Sequence record: KT321315.1
Length of the DNA: 64,000 nt
Direction: 5' to 3' (one strand)
Origin: Enterobacter phage phiEap-3
Positions within the stretch are counted from its first letter, which is position 1. Every line of letters begins with the position of its first letter. The position numbers and the translations under genes are program-made. Below, in pieces: positions 53,956-62,539 of the stretch. The notes beneath the pieces were generated by a model. The model made no database searches, had not been told where the DNA came from, and worked only from the letters and a program-made list of their open reading frames with translations.

Positions 53956-54351
53956 TTACGCTAATTCCACATGCGGGGCATCAATGAATTTTGTTTCGAT
54001 TGGAAGGTTCGGATCATTTTTCCAGTTGATACCAAAACGCAGTTTAACACCCAGTTCATCACCTGCTTGTTTAACAGCATTCAGGACAGGCAACCACACT
54101 TTAGGGTTTGTTTGCCAGCCTTGAGGCAACACGCTAGGATACAGATCCACAGCATCACCCGTGATGTGTTTTGAGTTCATTGTTTGAGATACACCCTTAC
54201 GGACGTTCTCGCGCTGTTGTTCCACAGTACGCAGACCTTCACGTACACCAAAATCAACAGGAGACAGTTGCAGAGCACGTTCTACGACTTTCACCAGTTG
54301 AGGTTTAACACCTTTAAGGTTGTTAAGGCTTTTTTGACTGAATTTAAACAT
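53956..54351 (-). CDS. peptidase M15 (L-alanyl-D-glutamate / VanY-like) endolysin
   Basis: SKHITGDAVDL and C-terminal DAPH zinc-ligand motifs typical of M15 endolysins. Confidence 0.75.
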   Translation of the reverse strand: MFKFSQKSLNNLKGVKPQLVKVVERALQLSPVDFGVREGLRTVEQQRENVRKGVSQTMNSKHITGDAVDLYPSVLPQGWQTNPKVWLPVLNAVKQAGDELGVKLRFGINWKNDPNLPIETKFIDAPHVELA

Positions 54352-54418
54352 AAATCACCTCTTGTAAAAATACCCTGTTTGGGTACACAGGGTATTTATG
54401 GTTTAAGAGGTTCGATAA

Positions 54419-54820
54419 TTAATAATCGTAAAGATCACCGAAGCATAATTCAAATTCACGTTTACGTTTCATCTGTTCTTCTTTTCGCTCTTTCATATCA
54501 GGAGGAAGACGGTCTTCATTGACTTCATCAATATAAGCCTGTGCATCCTCTTTTGTTAGAAAGAACGCATGGAAGTTATATCCGTTACGACCATTCATAC
54601 TACGGTCGTCAAGAGAGAATTGAGTGTGACAGTCCCAGTCATCAAACAGGGTGATGCATTTTGCAAACAGCCCGATACCGCGATTCATATAAGGGAAGCC
54701 AGTAACAATCATCTTTCTACCCATTTCCGCCTTTTCGCCGTCCACGCAGAATACTTCATACATGATCGCACCTGGTTTAACATCTTTCTTAACAGCACGT
54801 TTTTCAAAAGCACTTTTCAT
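54419..54820 (-). CDS. hypothetical protein
   Basis: ORF. Confidence 0.45.
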   Translation of the reverse strand: MKSAFEKRAVKKDVKPGAIMYEVFCVDGEKAEMGRKMIVTGFPYMNRGIGLFAKCITLFDDWDCHTQFSLDDRSMNGRNGYNFHAFFLTKEDAQAYIDEVNEDRLPPDMKERKEEQMKRKREFELCFGDLYDY

Positions 54821-54874
54821 AATATATTCCTCTCAATTGGTGTAACTACAGACTACTAGTTTATTTTCTGGATG

Positions 54875-55198
54875 TCAACAAGGTTTATCGTTTTTTGACG
54901 GAAAAGTTAGAGTGAATAAACGATCGTGAAGGTTGTCGATCCGTTCACAAGCCTGTTTCAGTATGGTTTTATCACCATCATTTGTTGTTTCAATGCATCC
55001 AAGTTCATCGGCGTCAATGTTCACTACATCGCTCATCAATGAAGCAAACACGTTAGCATCAGGATGTAACAGTTCTTCGATTTCGGCCTTCATGCCGTCG
55101 TGTTCAGAAAGGATATCAATAATATCGCGGGTTAAATCTCCCTGGTACGGGAACCCTGTTTCTAAATGATTAATGATCCTTTGTGCTTTCGTAATCAT
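54875..55198 (-). CDS. hypothetical acidic protein
   Basis: ORF. Confidence 0.45.
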   Translation of the reverse strand: MITKAQRIINHLETGFPYQGDLTRDIIDILSEHDGMKAEIEELLHPDANVFASLMSDVVNIDADELGCIETTNDGDKTILKQACERIDNLHDRLFTLTFPSKNDKPC

Positions 55199-55208
55199 AA
55201 TTTTACCT

Positions 55209-55229
55209 ACAAAAAAGCCCCTTTCGGGG
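55209..55229 (-). terminator. terminator hairpin AAAAGCCCCTTTCGGGGCT (identical to the 39836 copy)
   Basis: GC stem with a TTTC loop. Confidence 0.5.
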
Positions 55230-55237
55230 CTAGTTAA

Positions 55238-55501
55238 TTAGAGTTCACAGCAACGGCACACACCGTATTTTGTAAATGGAGCATCACCGCTAACGTAGGC
55301 CCAGAAATCACATGCTTCTTCGGCAGTATCGAAGATTGCGGCATCATAGAACCCGTGGGCTTCGTTACCGTTCTCATCGATGAAAACCGGAGTCCAGATA
55401 TTAGGATTGAAGCAATCGTCAACAACAACCCAACCTTCTTTAGCTTTCATTGCTTCTTTGTTGACTTCGATGTGAGCTAAGATTTCGTTCATGATGTCCA
55501 T
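55238..55501 (-). CDS. hypothetical protein (C-terminal CRCC)
   Basis: ORF downstream of cassette e. Confidence 0.45.
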   Translation of the reverse strand: MDIMNEILAHIEVNKEAMKAKEGWVVVDDCFNPNIWTPVFIDENGNEAHGFYDAAIFDTAEEACDFWAYVSGDAPFTKYGVCRCCEL

Positions 55502-55514
55502 TTTTCTCTCCTAA

Positions 55515-55545
55515 AGTGTGTTTCGTTTCGACAGGGCTATAGTCT
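55515..55545 (-). repeat. PeSL-like cassette copy e
   Basis: Minus strand reads CTATAGCCCTGTCGAAACGAAACACAC. Confidence 0.55.
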
Positions 55546-55570
55546 CATAACCCCGTATCTACGTCAACAC

Positions 55571-55831
55571 TTATTTGAAGCGAATTGTGCTATTTTTGAA
55601 AAATAATCCAGAGCACACCGCACCTTCAATTTTCACCCCTGTAGGGCTTTTAGCAACGAACCCTGTTGCGTAGGTGTCTTTCTCATCACATGCAAACCAG
55701 GCGTGGCCTGTGTACGTGATATCGGTAAACCCGTTAGCAGTCAGAATACGTTCGGCTTCTTTCTCATCGGTGCATCCGGATTGTGCTAAAACGACAATAA
55801 CGACTAACACCAAAGCAATAATATATTTCAT
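55571..55831 (-). CDS. small lipoprotein
   Basis: Signal peptide with lipobox LAQSGC. Confidence 0.5.
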   Translation of the reverse strand: MKYIIALVLVVIVVLAQSGCTDEKEAERILTANGFTDITYTGHAWFACDEKDTYATGFVAKSPTGVKIEGAVCSGLFFKNSTIRFK

Positions 55832-55832
55832 G

Positions 55833-56264
55833 TTAAACTCTTTTTAAGTTGGTTTTACTGGCTTCAATCCAGTACACGGGATCAGAATAGTTACCGCACA
55901 TACCCAGTAACACAGTTGTACACCCTAAATGATCGGAAGGTCGCAATCCATCAGGATGAAAAGGCAATTCGTTAACACCAATACTGGTAGCAAAAAGAGC
56001 ACCTCCAGTACTGTAAAATGTTTTGATATGATCGTATGCATCATCAGGCCACTGAAAACGATAAGTTTTATTATCAATGGTTACTGTATACATATCATAT
56101 TCCGTAAACAACGGATCTTTTCCTTGTGTTGCCCCATACAGAGCACCGCGCCACTCAACCAGATTTGCTTCAATGTCGCTTACACAAATTTCGTTACCCA
56201 TACGCAAATCATGAAGGATCCCTTCAATGGTACGAATAGCCCCGCTAAGTTCATTAGTTAACAT
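55833..56264 (-). CDS. hypothetical protein
   Basis: ORF. Confidence 0.45.
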   Translation of the reverse strand: MLTNELSGAIRTIEGILHDLRMGNEICVSDIEANLVEWRGALYGATQGKDPLFTEYDMYTVTIDNKTYRFQWPDDAYDHIKTFYSTGGALFATSIGVNELPFHPDGLRPSDHLGCTTVLLGMCGNYSDPVYWIEASKTNLKRV

Positions 56265-56275
56265 ATAGTTTCCTT

Positions 56276-56530
56276 TTAAAGTCTTTCCAGCATATCAGGC
56301 CCGAATGCCATAACAAAAGAACCCCTCAACGCTTGCCACTTTTTATGGAGGCGCTTAGGTACGTTTACTTGCAAACGATCCATTTTACGAATAAGTTCTA
56401 ATGCATCGTTGCTTGTGATTTCATTGTAACCAGGATTTATAGTTGCGATCCCATATCTAAACGCCATTCCAGCTTCTGTATTTCCAACAAAAACAGAGGC
56501 TTTCATTTCATCAAAAGATTGTTCAAACAT
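56276..56530 (-). CDS. hypothetical protein
   Basis: ORF. Confidence 0.4.
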   Translation of the reverse strand: MFEQSFDEMKASVFVGNTEAGMAFRYGIATINPGYNEITSNDALELIRKMDRLQVNVPKRLHKKWQALRGSFVMAFGPDMLERL

Positions 56531-56543
56531 GAGATCAGTTCCT

Positions 56544-56717
56544 TTAAATTGGTTTAATGGTTTTCAGGTGTAGTTTAGCATAAGAAGAACCAAATGAGTT
56601 ACCATTATGATCGAACTTATGTTCTTCACTCTTCCAGTATTTCCCCGATTTCATCAAGGGTATACGCTTCTTACCTGCTGTTATCGTTTCAACCATTCCG
56701 GTATGTGTGAAAATCAT
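56544..56717 (-). CDS. hypothetical protein
   Basis: Internal ATG, ATGA-coupled. Confidence 0.35.
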   Translation of the reverse strand: MIFTHTGMVETITAGKKRIPLMKSGKYWKSEEHKFDHNGNSFGSSYAKLHLKTIKPI

Positions 56718-57061
56718 ACAATACCCTCTTCTTCGAGCACTTCCCAGATCAGGCGATCCAGGTGCATCAGGTTCCACATAACAGAGTCATAAGAACCCAG
56801 TGAGCGGGAGTAAATAACTCCCCATGAACGATACGCCTTTTGGAATTCCCCTGCACTATCTACATCATACGGCATATCATCACCGGAAGCAATCAAAAGT
56901 TTTAGGATCATCAGACTGTTCAGAAGTTTTGAACTAGCGTCTTGTGCTTGTACTTTTGCACAATAATTTTCAATAATCGCTTTTGCCTTTGGTTCGGTGA
57001 TGCGTCCATTTTTGCATCGCTCTTTGTACACATACATAAGTTCATCGATTATTTCTTGCAT
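56714..57061 (-). CDS. hypothetical protein
   Basis: ORF in the rSAM operon. Confidence 0.45.
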   Translation of the reverse strand: MQEIIDELMYVYKERCKNGRITEPKAKAIIENYCAKVQAQDASSKLLNSLMILKLLIASGDDMPYDVDSAGEFQKAYRSWGVIYSRSLGSYDSVMWNLMHLDRLIWEVLEEEGIV

Positions 57062-57395
57062 ACATTCTTTCCTTCTGTTCTGTGCTCATGCCATACAACT
57101 GAGAGCGTATACGGTCTTGTATACGACGCGTTTCGTTTTGCATCAGTTGGTTTGAAAGAATCAAATCGACTACCGCGCCGCGAACTTTCCATAGATAATC
57201 AATCATCGCCATATCTTCATCAGTATGGAAACCTTTCGCATCACATTCATAGATAATGCTTTGTCTTTCCGCCATTGCCATTTCTGCTGTCGCCGGAGTA
57301 GCCAGAGAATATTCATACTTCTCGATCAACGATTCCAGTGTACGCGGTTTTACTGGAATGTCAATAGCTATTGGACGAATCATATGCACCCCCAA
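57042..57395 (-). CDS. hypothetical protein
   Basis: ORF in the rSAM operon. Confidence 0.45.
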   Translation of the reverse strand: MGVHMIRPIAIDIPVKPRTLESLIEKYEYSLATPATAEMAMAERQSIIYECDAKGFHTDEDMAMIDYLWKVRGAVVDLILSNQLMQNETRRIQDRIRSQLYGMSTEQKERMYARNNR

Positions 57396-57676
57396 TTCTC
57401 GCCATCTGCTTTAATCTGTAAATTAGCCAGGAATGAAAACATAATATCACAGTTGCTTTCGATTAGATAGCGATATTTTAATACCGTGCTCACTTCTTCC
57501 GGTTCTACCGTAGTAACCTTAATGTCTTTAGCACAAAGGTCATAATCGTTACAGTACCCGTCAATATCCATAAGCGTTTTGTTTTCATCTGGATATAATT
57601 CCAGCAGGTATGCGTCTTCATCAGTTACCAGCGCAACTATCCGGTTGCGCCTTGTGTTATAGGTTAAGATCTTCAT
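57380..57676 (-). CDS. hypothetical Cys-containing protein, ATGA-coupled to the rSAM gene
   Basis: Five Cys; its start overlaps the rSAM stop. Confidence 0.45.
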   Translation of the reverse strand: MKILTYNTRRNRIVALVTDEDAYLLELYPDENKTLMDIDGYCNDYDLCAKDIKVTTVEPEEVSTVLKYRYLIESNCDIMFSFLANLQIKADGENWGCI

Positions 57677-58818
57677 TTCAATTCCACCGCGTACACATCC
57701 AATTCAGGGGCTTTGTGTACGCGCATATCTTTACCACATACAGCATAAGCCGGACAGTTACGGCAACCGTTATGATCCTTGTTACCAATCAATTCCTGAC
57801 GGAATTTCTTAGTTTTCGGATGTTCCCAGATATCTTTGATAAAGTCACTGGCTTCCAGGACGTTAAGCCCTTCTGACCATCCACCCTCGACCCAACCTTC
57901 GGTAAAGGAACAAGGGAAGAATTCACCCTTCTCGTTGATGTACGAGCTAAACATAGTAGCTTCGCAATCTTCCGCATACTGTTTGTACTGTTCAAAATTT
58001 TCATGCCCTTCCATAGCCTCTACAAAGGCCGGAGCGGAACAAGAATCAAAACCGAACCCTACACCAGATTCAAGGCAATACTCTACCAGAGCTTTATACT
58101 GCTCGCGTGTAACGGTATCCCAGTTCTTCCCACGGCCTTTTTGTTTCAGACCCAGGAATACGATCGCGTTAACTTGTTTCAAACGCGGATCATTCTTCAC
58201 AGCATCAACCACGTTAAACGCATCATCATAGGTTTTAGAGCTAACCATGAAATGAAGGTTGATTTGCTGTTGTCCGGCTTCCGCCAGATTAGCCACTGAA
58301 TTAAATGCGACATCGAATCCAGCATGTTTGTATACTGATACCGCAACAGCCCCAGCAACAGCCGCTAAACGCGCTGCAACGTCTTTTGATACATCAGCAA
58401 TGGTAAGGTTAGGCACAATGCCTTTAGAACGCGCATAGGCCATCATATCAAACATATCAGGGTTTGTTTGTCCCTGTGCATCAGCACCGAGGGCGCATTG
58501 TGTTAACCAGGGCATTTTATCAATGATAGATTTGAATGTATCAAGATCCATATTGAAGCCGTTAGGGTTATTAGACTTGTAGCAGAAACCGCAAAGTTTA
58601 CCAGCGGGGCCATTGCATTTAGTTGTGATCTCAATATCGAGAATTTCAGGGAATGGGGCATAGGTAGGATCAGTTTCGAACGATGTTCCCCAGCGAGCAA
58701 ACTCACCAGTTTTAACGTTGAAATTGTAGTTATACCACTTAGAGCGAGCGTAACGGATATCACCATCTTGATAGATGAACAGGGTAGGAGCTTTCAGAAC
58801 AGTTTGTGCGTTATTCAT
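57673..58818 (-). CDS. radical-SAM-like enzyme with a C-terminal SPASM/twitch-like Cys cluster (non-canonical CX7CX2C)
   Basis: IEITTKCNGPAGKLCGFCY equals the canonical TxxCNxxCxYC with a 4-aa insert; C-terminal CSAP...CEAT...CSF...CRNCPAYAVCG; start taken at M40 after the upstream stop. Confidence 0.5.
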   Translation of the reverse strand: MNNAQTVLKAPTLFIYQDGDIRYARSKWYNYNFNVKTGEFARWGTSFETDPTYAPFPEILDIEITTKCNGPAGKLCGFCYKSNNPNGFNMDLDTFKSIIDKMPWLTQCALGADAQGQTNPDMFDMMAYARSKGIVPNLTIADVSKDVAARLAAVAGAVAVSVYKHAGFDVAFNSVANLAEAGQQQINLHFMVSSKTYDDAFNVVDAVKNDPRLKQVNAIVFLGLKQKGRGKNWDTVTREQYKALVEYCLESGVGFGFDSCSAPAFVEAMEGHENFEQYKQYAEDCEATMFSSYINEKGEFFPCSFTEGWVEGGWSEGLNVLEASDFIKDIWEHPKTKKFRQELIGNKDHNGCRNCPAYAVCGKDMRVHKAPELDVYAVELK

Positions 58819-58828
58819 AATATAATTC

Positions 58829-59044
58829 TCAAAATCTAACATGGGATTGGAAGACAGCGCGAGCGAGACTTTCATTATCAAACGGTATTGATTGGTGTTG
58901 CCCTTTGCTATCAATGTTAACGCGCCAAAATTCACTAGAACAATTTTCAGTGGAGTAGTTCAACAGCGTTACCGTTTTATTCTTTTCCAAAAATACTCGT
59001 TTGTCAATCTCTGTTTTGATTACGTGTTCCATCATTTTACCCAC
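58829..59044 (-). CDS. hypothetical protein immediately upstream of the rSAM gene
   Basis: ORF; its start may be an internal Met near 59032. Confidence 0.4.
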   Translation of the reverse strand: MGKMMEHVIKTEIDKRVFLEKNKTVTLLNYSTENCSSEFWRVNIDSKGQHQSIPFDNESLARAVFQSHVRF

Positions 59045-59289
59045 CGTTGTTTGCGTTCGTCAGCCAGTTCTTTTTTGTACACCTTGATGTATTCACCGTT
59101 CAAGGCACGGAGATTTGAAAATACACGATTGAAAAGATTTTTCTTTTCTTTGTATGCCGGAGACATACGGATCGATTCAATAGTCATACCCATTTCATTT
59201 TTAGGATACGCTCTTAACTCTGCGCCGATCTCATCGATCCATTTTTGGTACAGATCACGCTTTTCTTTGTACTGTTCAAAAGTCAACAT
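59032..59289 (-). CDS. hypothetical protein
   Basis: ORF. Confidence 0.45.
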   Translation of the reverse strand: MLTFEQYKEKRDLYQKWIDEIGAELRAYPKNEMGMTIESIRMSPAYKEKKNLFNRVFSNLRALNGEYIKVYKKELADERKQRWVK

Positions 59290-59296
59290 AACAACC

Positions 59297-59470
59297 TCAC
59301 TTCATTTTAGCAATGTATTTGTCAATACTCATGTAAACACGGGTATACATTACAGCAGCGTGACGGTCGAAGAATCTTTCCCACCATTCCAGCGCTTCCG
59401 CTTTAGAAGGTTTCGCGCCCAGGGCATCATGCATTTTGGCTTTGATTTCTGTTACTGTCAACATGTCCAT
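59297..59470 (-). CDS. hypothetical 57-aa protein
   Basis: ORF below the track cutoff directly downstream of cassette f; coordinates approximate. Confidence 0.3.
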   Translation of the reverse strand: MDMLTVTEIKAKMHDALGAKPSKAEALEWWERFFDRHAAVMYTRVYMSIDKYIAKMK

Positions 59471-59479
59471 TTTTTATCC

Positions 59480-59525
59480 CCGTTTCGTTTCGGTATGGGT
59501 GTAAGATAACATCATCCTACACCCA
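59480..59525 (-). repeat. PeSL-like cassette copy f
   Basis: Minus strand reads GGGTGTAGGATGATGTTATCTTACACCCATACCGAAACGAAACGGGG. Confidence 0.5.
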
Positions 59526-59534
59526 GCGCAAGAG

Positions 59535-59705
59535 TTATTTGTACTCCATGAAGAATTTTATTGCTTCTTCTGGCGTCATACCGTCAGAGAAAAATCCAAA
59601 GAAAGTACAGTGATGGTCGTTGTATGAAATATTCAAAGGAGATAGTAAACTTCGAACATGTTCAGCCCACAAACGATATTTTTTGCTGAATGGTTGATCT
59701 CTCAT
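59535..59705 (-). CDS. hypothetical 56-aa protein
   Basis: ATGA-coupled to the upstream gene; below the track cutoff. Confidence 0.3.
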   Translation of the reverse strand: MRDQPFSKKYRLWAEHVRSLLSPLNISYNDHHCTFFGFFSDGMTPEEAIKFFMEYK

Positions 59706-59899
59706 TCTTCGTCCCCTTGTGCGTAATATTCACATACTGCATCTTCTGGGGTGCAACCGTCCGAGTAAAGAGCATACATCAGATCTTCGTCATAATCAGA
59801 AGAACCCAGCATATGTTGAACAGAACGTTTCCATTTATTGTAATCTTTTTCGCCCTGGGTTTCGCTGTTTTCTGATTTAAGCATTTCGTACATGTTCAT
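59702..59899 (-). CDS. hypothetical acidic protein
   Basis: ORF. Confidence 0.4.
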   Translation of the reverse strand: MNMYEMLKSENSETQGEKDYNKWKRSVQHMLGSSDYDEDLMYALYSDGCTPEDAVCEYYAQGDEE

Positions 59900-60045
59900 A
59901 GGAATCTCCCGTAGTCGGTTGCTGCATCTTCCGGATCCGCATCCAGTTCGTACAGTTCGCGAGCTAGTGCGCTGGGTTTAATATCGCGCCCTAAGTGGGC
60001 GCTAACATTACGTAGCCATTTCATATAGGGTTCGAATTTGTTCAT
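59896..60045 (-). CDS. hypothetical 49-aa protein
   Basis: ATGA-coupled at both ends. Confidence 0.3.
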   Translation of the reverse strand: MNKFEPYMKWLRNVSAHLGRDIKPSALARELYELDADPEDAATDYGRFL

Positions 60046-60293
60046 TTTATACGTACCGCGTTAAAAGCCTGGTTCCGGAGATCATACGCTTTTTCAAGCT
60101 GTTCTGTAGTGAACAGAGAACTATCCGAGTTTACCGTGAAACTGCAAATGGTTTTGTTGTCGGCGTTGACTTCTTCAACAACGATATCATAACCCCAAAT
60201 ACCACTTAGTTCACATTTCACGTTACGGTACTTGATATAAACCGCAACAACATCTTCTTTTTTGTAGTTACGGCTTTTGTATAAAATTTCCAT
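60042..60293 (-). CDS. hypothetical protein
   Basis: ORF after cassette g. Confidence 0.45.
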   Translation of the reverse strand: MEILYKSRNYKKEDVVAVYIKYRNVKCELSGIWGYDIVVEEVNADNKTICSFTVNSDSSLFTTEQLEKAYDLRNQAFNAVRIK

Positions 60294-60304
60294 TTCAAAC
60301 TCCC

Positions 60305-60340
60305 TCTGCTTCGTTTCGATGTAGTAACGATACCAAATTC
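60305..60340 (-). repeat. PeSL-like cassette copy g (degenerate)
   Basis: Minus strand reads GGTATCGTTACTACATCGAAACGAAGCAGAGGGAG. Confidence 0.45.
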
Positions 60341-60366
60341 AAAACATGATTGTTTAGCAATTAGTG

Positions 60367-60528
60367 CTATAACACAAACGAACGTCCATCTGTTATAGAT
60401 CGTTCCAGCGATGAAGCGGTTACTGTAAATTCAGGAAACCAGCACCCAAGATTACTTGACCACCACCATACGTTAACACCATCTGTTTTAAATTCGATGT
60501 TCAGGTAAGTATTGAAAATGTGTTTCAT
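60367..60528 (-). CDS. hypothetical Trp-rich small protein
   Basis: ATG after AAGGGG SD; the track start overlaps the upstream gene. Confidence 0.35.
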   Translation of the reverse strand: MKHIFNTYLNIEFKTDGVNVWWWSSNLGCWFPEFTVTASSLERSITDGRSFVL

Positions 60529-60538
60529 GTTGTTCCCC

Positions 60539-60817
60539 TTATGCCATTTTCTTAGCGATTTTCCAGGAAGTTTTGAACGCCGGAACATCTTCAATATCAA
60601 TCCAGAAACCAGATCCGAAACCATCACTATAGCAAGGGCAACCGTCGCAGTAGTTTTCCCAGGTCATAACTTCACCACCAACAGAAGCACCAGTTTCCAT
60701 AGCACGTAATGCATCTTCAACTTTTTCCAGTTTTTCGGCGTTGTCGTCGTAAATGACAAAGTACCATTTACCGTTGTATTCGTTACCCAGTTTGATTGAT
60801 TCGCGAACAAGTTTCAT
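60539..60817 (-). CDS. hypothetical protein
   Basis: ATG 60817 after cassette h; the track extension translates the cassette. Confidence 0.45.
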   Translation of the reverse strand: MKLVRESIKLGNEYNGKWYFVIYDDNAEKLEKVEDALRAMETGASVGGEVMTWENYCDGCPCYSDGFGSGFWIDIEDVPAFKTSWKIAKKMA

Positions 60818-60832
60818 GATGATTTCCTTTTT

Positions 60833-60870
60833 GTCTGTTTCGTTTCTATGTGTGTAATATACCACACCCA
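60833..60870 (-). repeat. PeSL-like cassette copy h
   Basis: Minus strand reads GGTATATTACACACATAGAAACGAAACAGAC. Confidence 0.6.
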
Positions 60871-60886
60871 GATTTTAATGCAACAT

Positions 60887-61219
60887 TTATTTTGCTTCGA
60901 GTTCGATATTTTTCCAGGTTTTCATCGGAACCCCTATCGCATCCCAAAACTTAACATCTTCCGCTGCAATCAGAGTAAAGAAGATCCCAGTTTTCCAGTA
61001 TTTCCCGTTTCTGATTTCGTTTGCGATCTCATTCAACTGGTCACAAAAATGCTCAGTCCAACTAACATCACCATCCCAATGAGAACGTGGGTTGTACAGA
61101 GAAAATATGAAACTATCAATATAAGAAGATTTTCCGGTAGAGACGCCCATCAAAACAGCCAGGATTGTGCGAACTGCATATAAATTCTGAACCTCAACAC
61201 TTCTCGTTTTAATAATCAT
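60887..61219 (-). CDS. hypothetical protein
   Basis: ATG 61219 after cassette i. Confidence 0.45.
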   Translation of the reverse strand: MIIKTRSVEVQNLYAVRTILAVLMGVSTGKSSYIDSFIFSLYNPRSHWDGDVSWTEHFCDQLNEIANEIRNGKYWKTGIFFTLIAAEDVKFWDAIGVPMKTWKNIELEAK

Positions 61220-61231
61220 TTCATAATTCCT

Positions 61232-61290
61232 CTGTTTTGTTTCGATGAATGCAATATAACAAAACCCCTCACCATTGGCAAGGGGTTTTT
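61232..61290 (-). repeat. PeSL-like cassette copy i with terminator hairpin
   Basis: Minus strand reads AAAACCCCTTGCCAATGGTGAGGGGTTTTGTTATATTGCATTCATCGAAACAAAACAGAGG. Confidence 0.6.
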
Positions 61291-61297
61291 GCAAAAA

Positions 61298-61558
61298 TTA
61301 TCGTTTGATTGGGGTATTATCTATAACCCTTTGAATTTCCGAACGTATCGTAGAATACTGGCACAATTCGGTAAGCGCCCGATCCAGGTGCATCATAGCG
61401 TAAGGAAAATCTTTTCCGCATTTGTCACATCGAGCGTATAAATGTAAATGGATGCGTCCGATCCCATCTACCTGACTATATTTCTGGAATATGTAAGGTT
61501 TTGCACCTCGATAGCCAGTAGCTTCATGCTTACACTCTCGTTTTTTGAACCATGACAT
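61298..61558 (-). CDS. hypothetical zinc-ribbon protein
   Basis: CKHE...CDKCGKDF. Confidence 0.4.
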   Translation of the reverse strand: MSWFKKRECKHEATGYRGAKPYIFQKYSQVDGIGRIHLHLYARCDKCGKDFPYAMMHLDRALTELCQYSTIRSEIQRVIDNTPIKR

Positions 61559-62133
61559 TAATAATATCCTTGTACGTTGAAGCGGTCACACAACAATTTT
61601 TTTGTTTGGTTAGTATCGCTTTGGATAGAATGCAACATAGCGCTGAACATGTTTAGGTTATTTTGCATCATTTCCGCGCTCATGAGAACTTCCATACGCG
61701 CACGTAAGCGTTTATTTTCTTCTTCCAACTCAACCATACGGTCATATGCTTTGATGCGCTCTAAGGGCATATCAGGACGCTCTTTGAGTACGCGAGCACG
61801 TTCAACCTCACAAGCATGATTTGCTTTCCAGTGGTTCGATTCCGCTTCAAATTTATTAAGGCGGCGGATCTCTTCAACCAGCTTTTTGATCATGTGTGGA
61901 TCCATCATGTCGATGAATTTCATCAGGCAATTGGATTTTGTTTTGTTGTCAGCACCAGACCAAGACGAATTATACGTAACCGTAAACGTGCGGCCCATTT
62001 CATCAACAACCCCGATCTTGTTATCATCGGTGATTGTAGCCGCCCATTTCTCCCGCATGGCTGTACAGGTTCCGCTGGCGACACTATGCAACTTGTTTAA
62101 TGTTGCATCATCAAATACAATTTCATCACTCAT
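61558..62133 (-). CDS. hypothetical protein with C-terminal coiled coil
   Basis: ORF. Confidence 0.45.
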   Translation of the reverse strand: MSDEIVFDDATLNKLHSVASGTCTAMREKWAATITDDNKIGVVDEMGRTFTVTYNSSWSGADNKTKSNCLMKFIDMMDPHMIKKLVEEIRRLNKFEAESNHWKANHACEVERARVLKERPDMPLERIKAYDRMVELEEENKRLRARMEVLMSAEMMQNNLNMFSAMLHSIQSDTNQTKKLLCDRFNVQGYY

Positions 62134-62140
62134 ATATGCC

Positions 62141-62539
62141 TCACATAGATTTCAAAATACGCAAAAGTGCGTTAGTAAAGATATCAGGAACACAACCACC
62201 AAACAACTTATGATTCATCAGCGCTAATTTCATGCTGTGATTTTCAGTATATCGCCCGTTCTGGATCCCCCAGGCAACGACATTACCAGGTTCATGAATA
62301 ACTAAGTTGGTGAGAGTAACGGTCATGCGCTCTTTATCATTGATAGAGAATGAATAGCAGTAACCGGATCCAATGTCGCCATAAAGGTTAAGGTCTTTCA
62401 ATTTCCCTTGCTCATGCAAGCGTTTCATATGAACTGCACATGCATGATTAATGGTCATTTCGTCATCCCTAGCCCAGTCATCAATACCAGAGGTATAACG
62501 AATATTGAAATAGTTAGTCAGTTCATTTGATACGCTCAT
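62141..62539 (-). CDS. hypothetical protein
   Basis: ATG after AAAGTGAGG SD. Confidence 0.4.
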   Translation of the reverse strand: MSVSNELTNYFNIRYTSGIDDWARDDEMTINHACAVHMKRLHEQGKLKDLNLYGDIGSGYCYSFSINDKERMTVTLTNLVIHEPGNVVAWGIQNGRYTENHSMKLALMNHKLFGGCVPDIFTNALLRILKSM

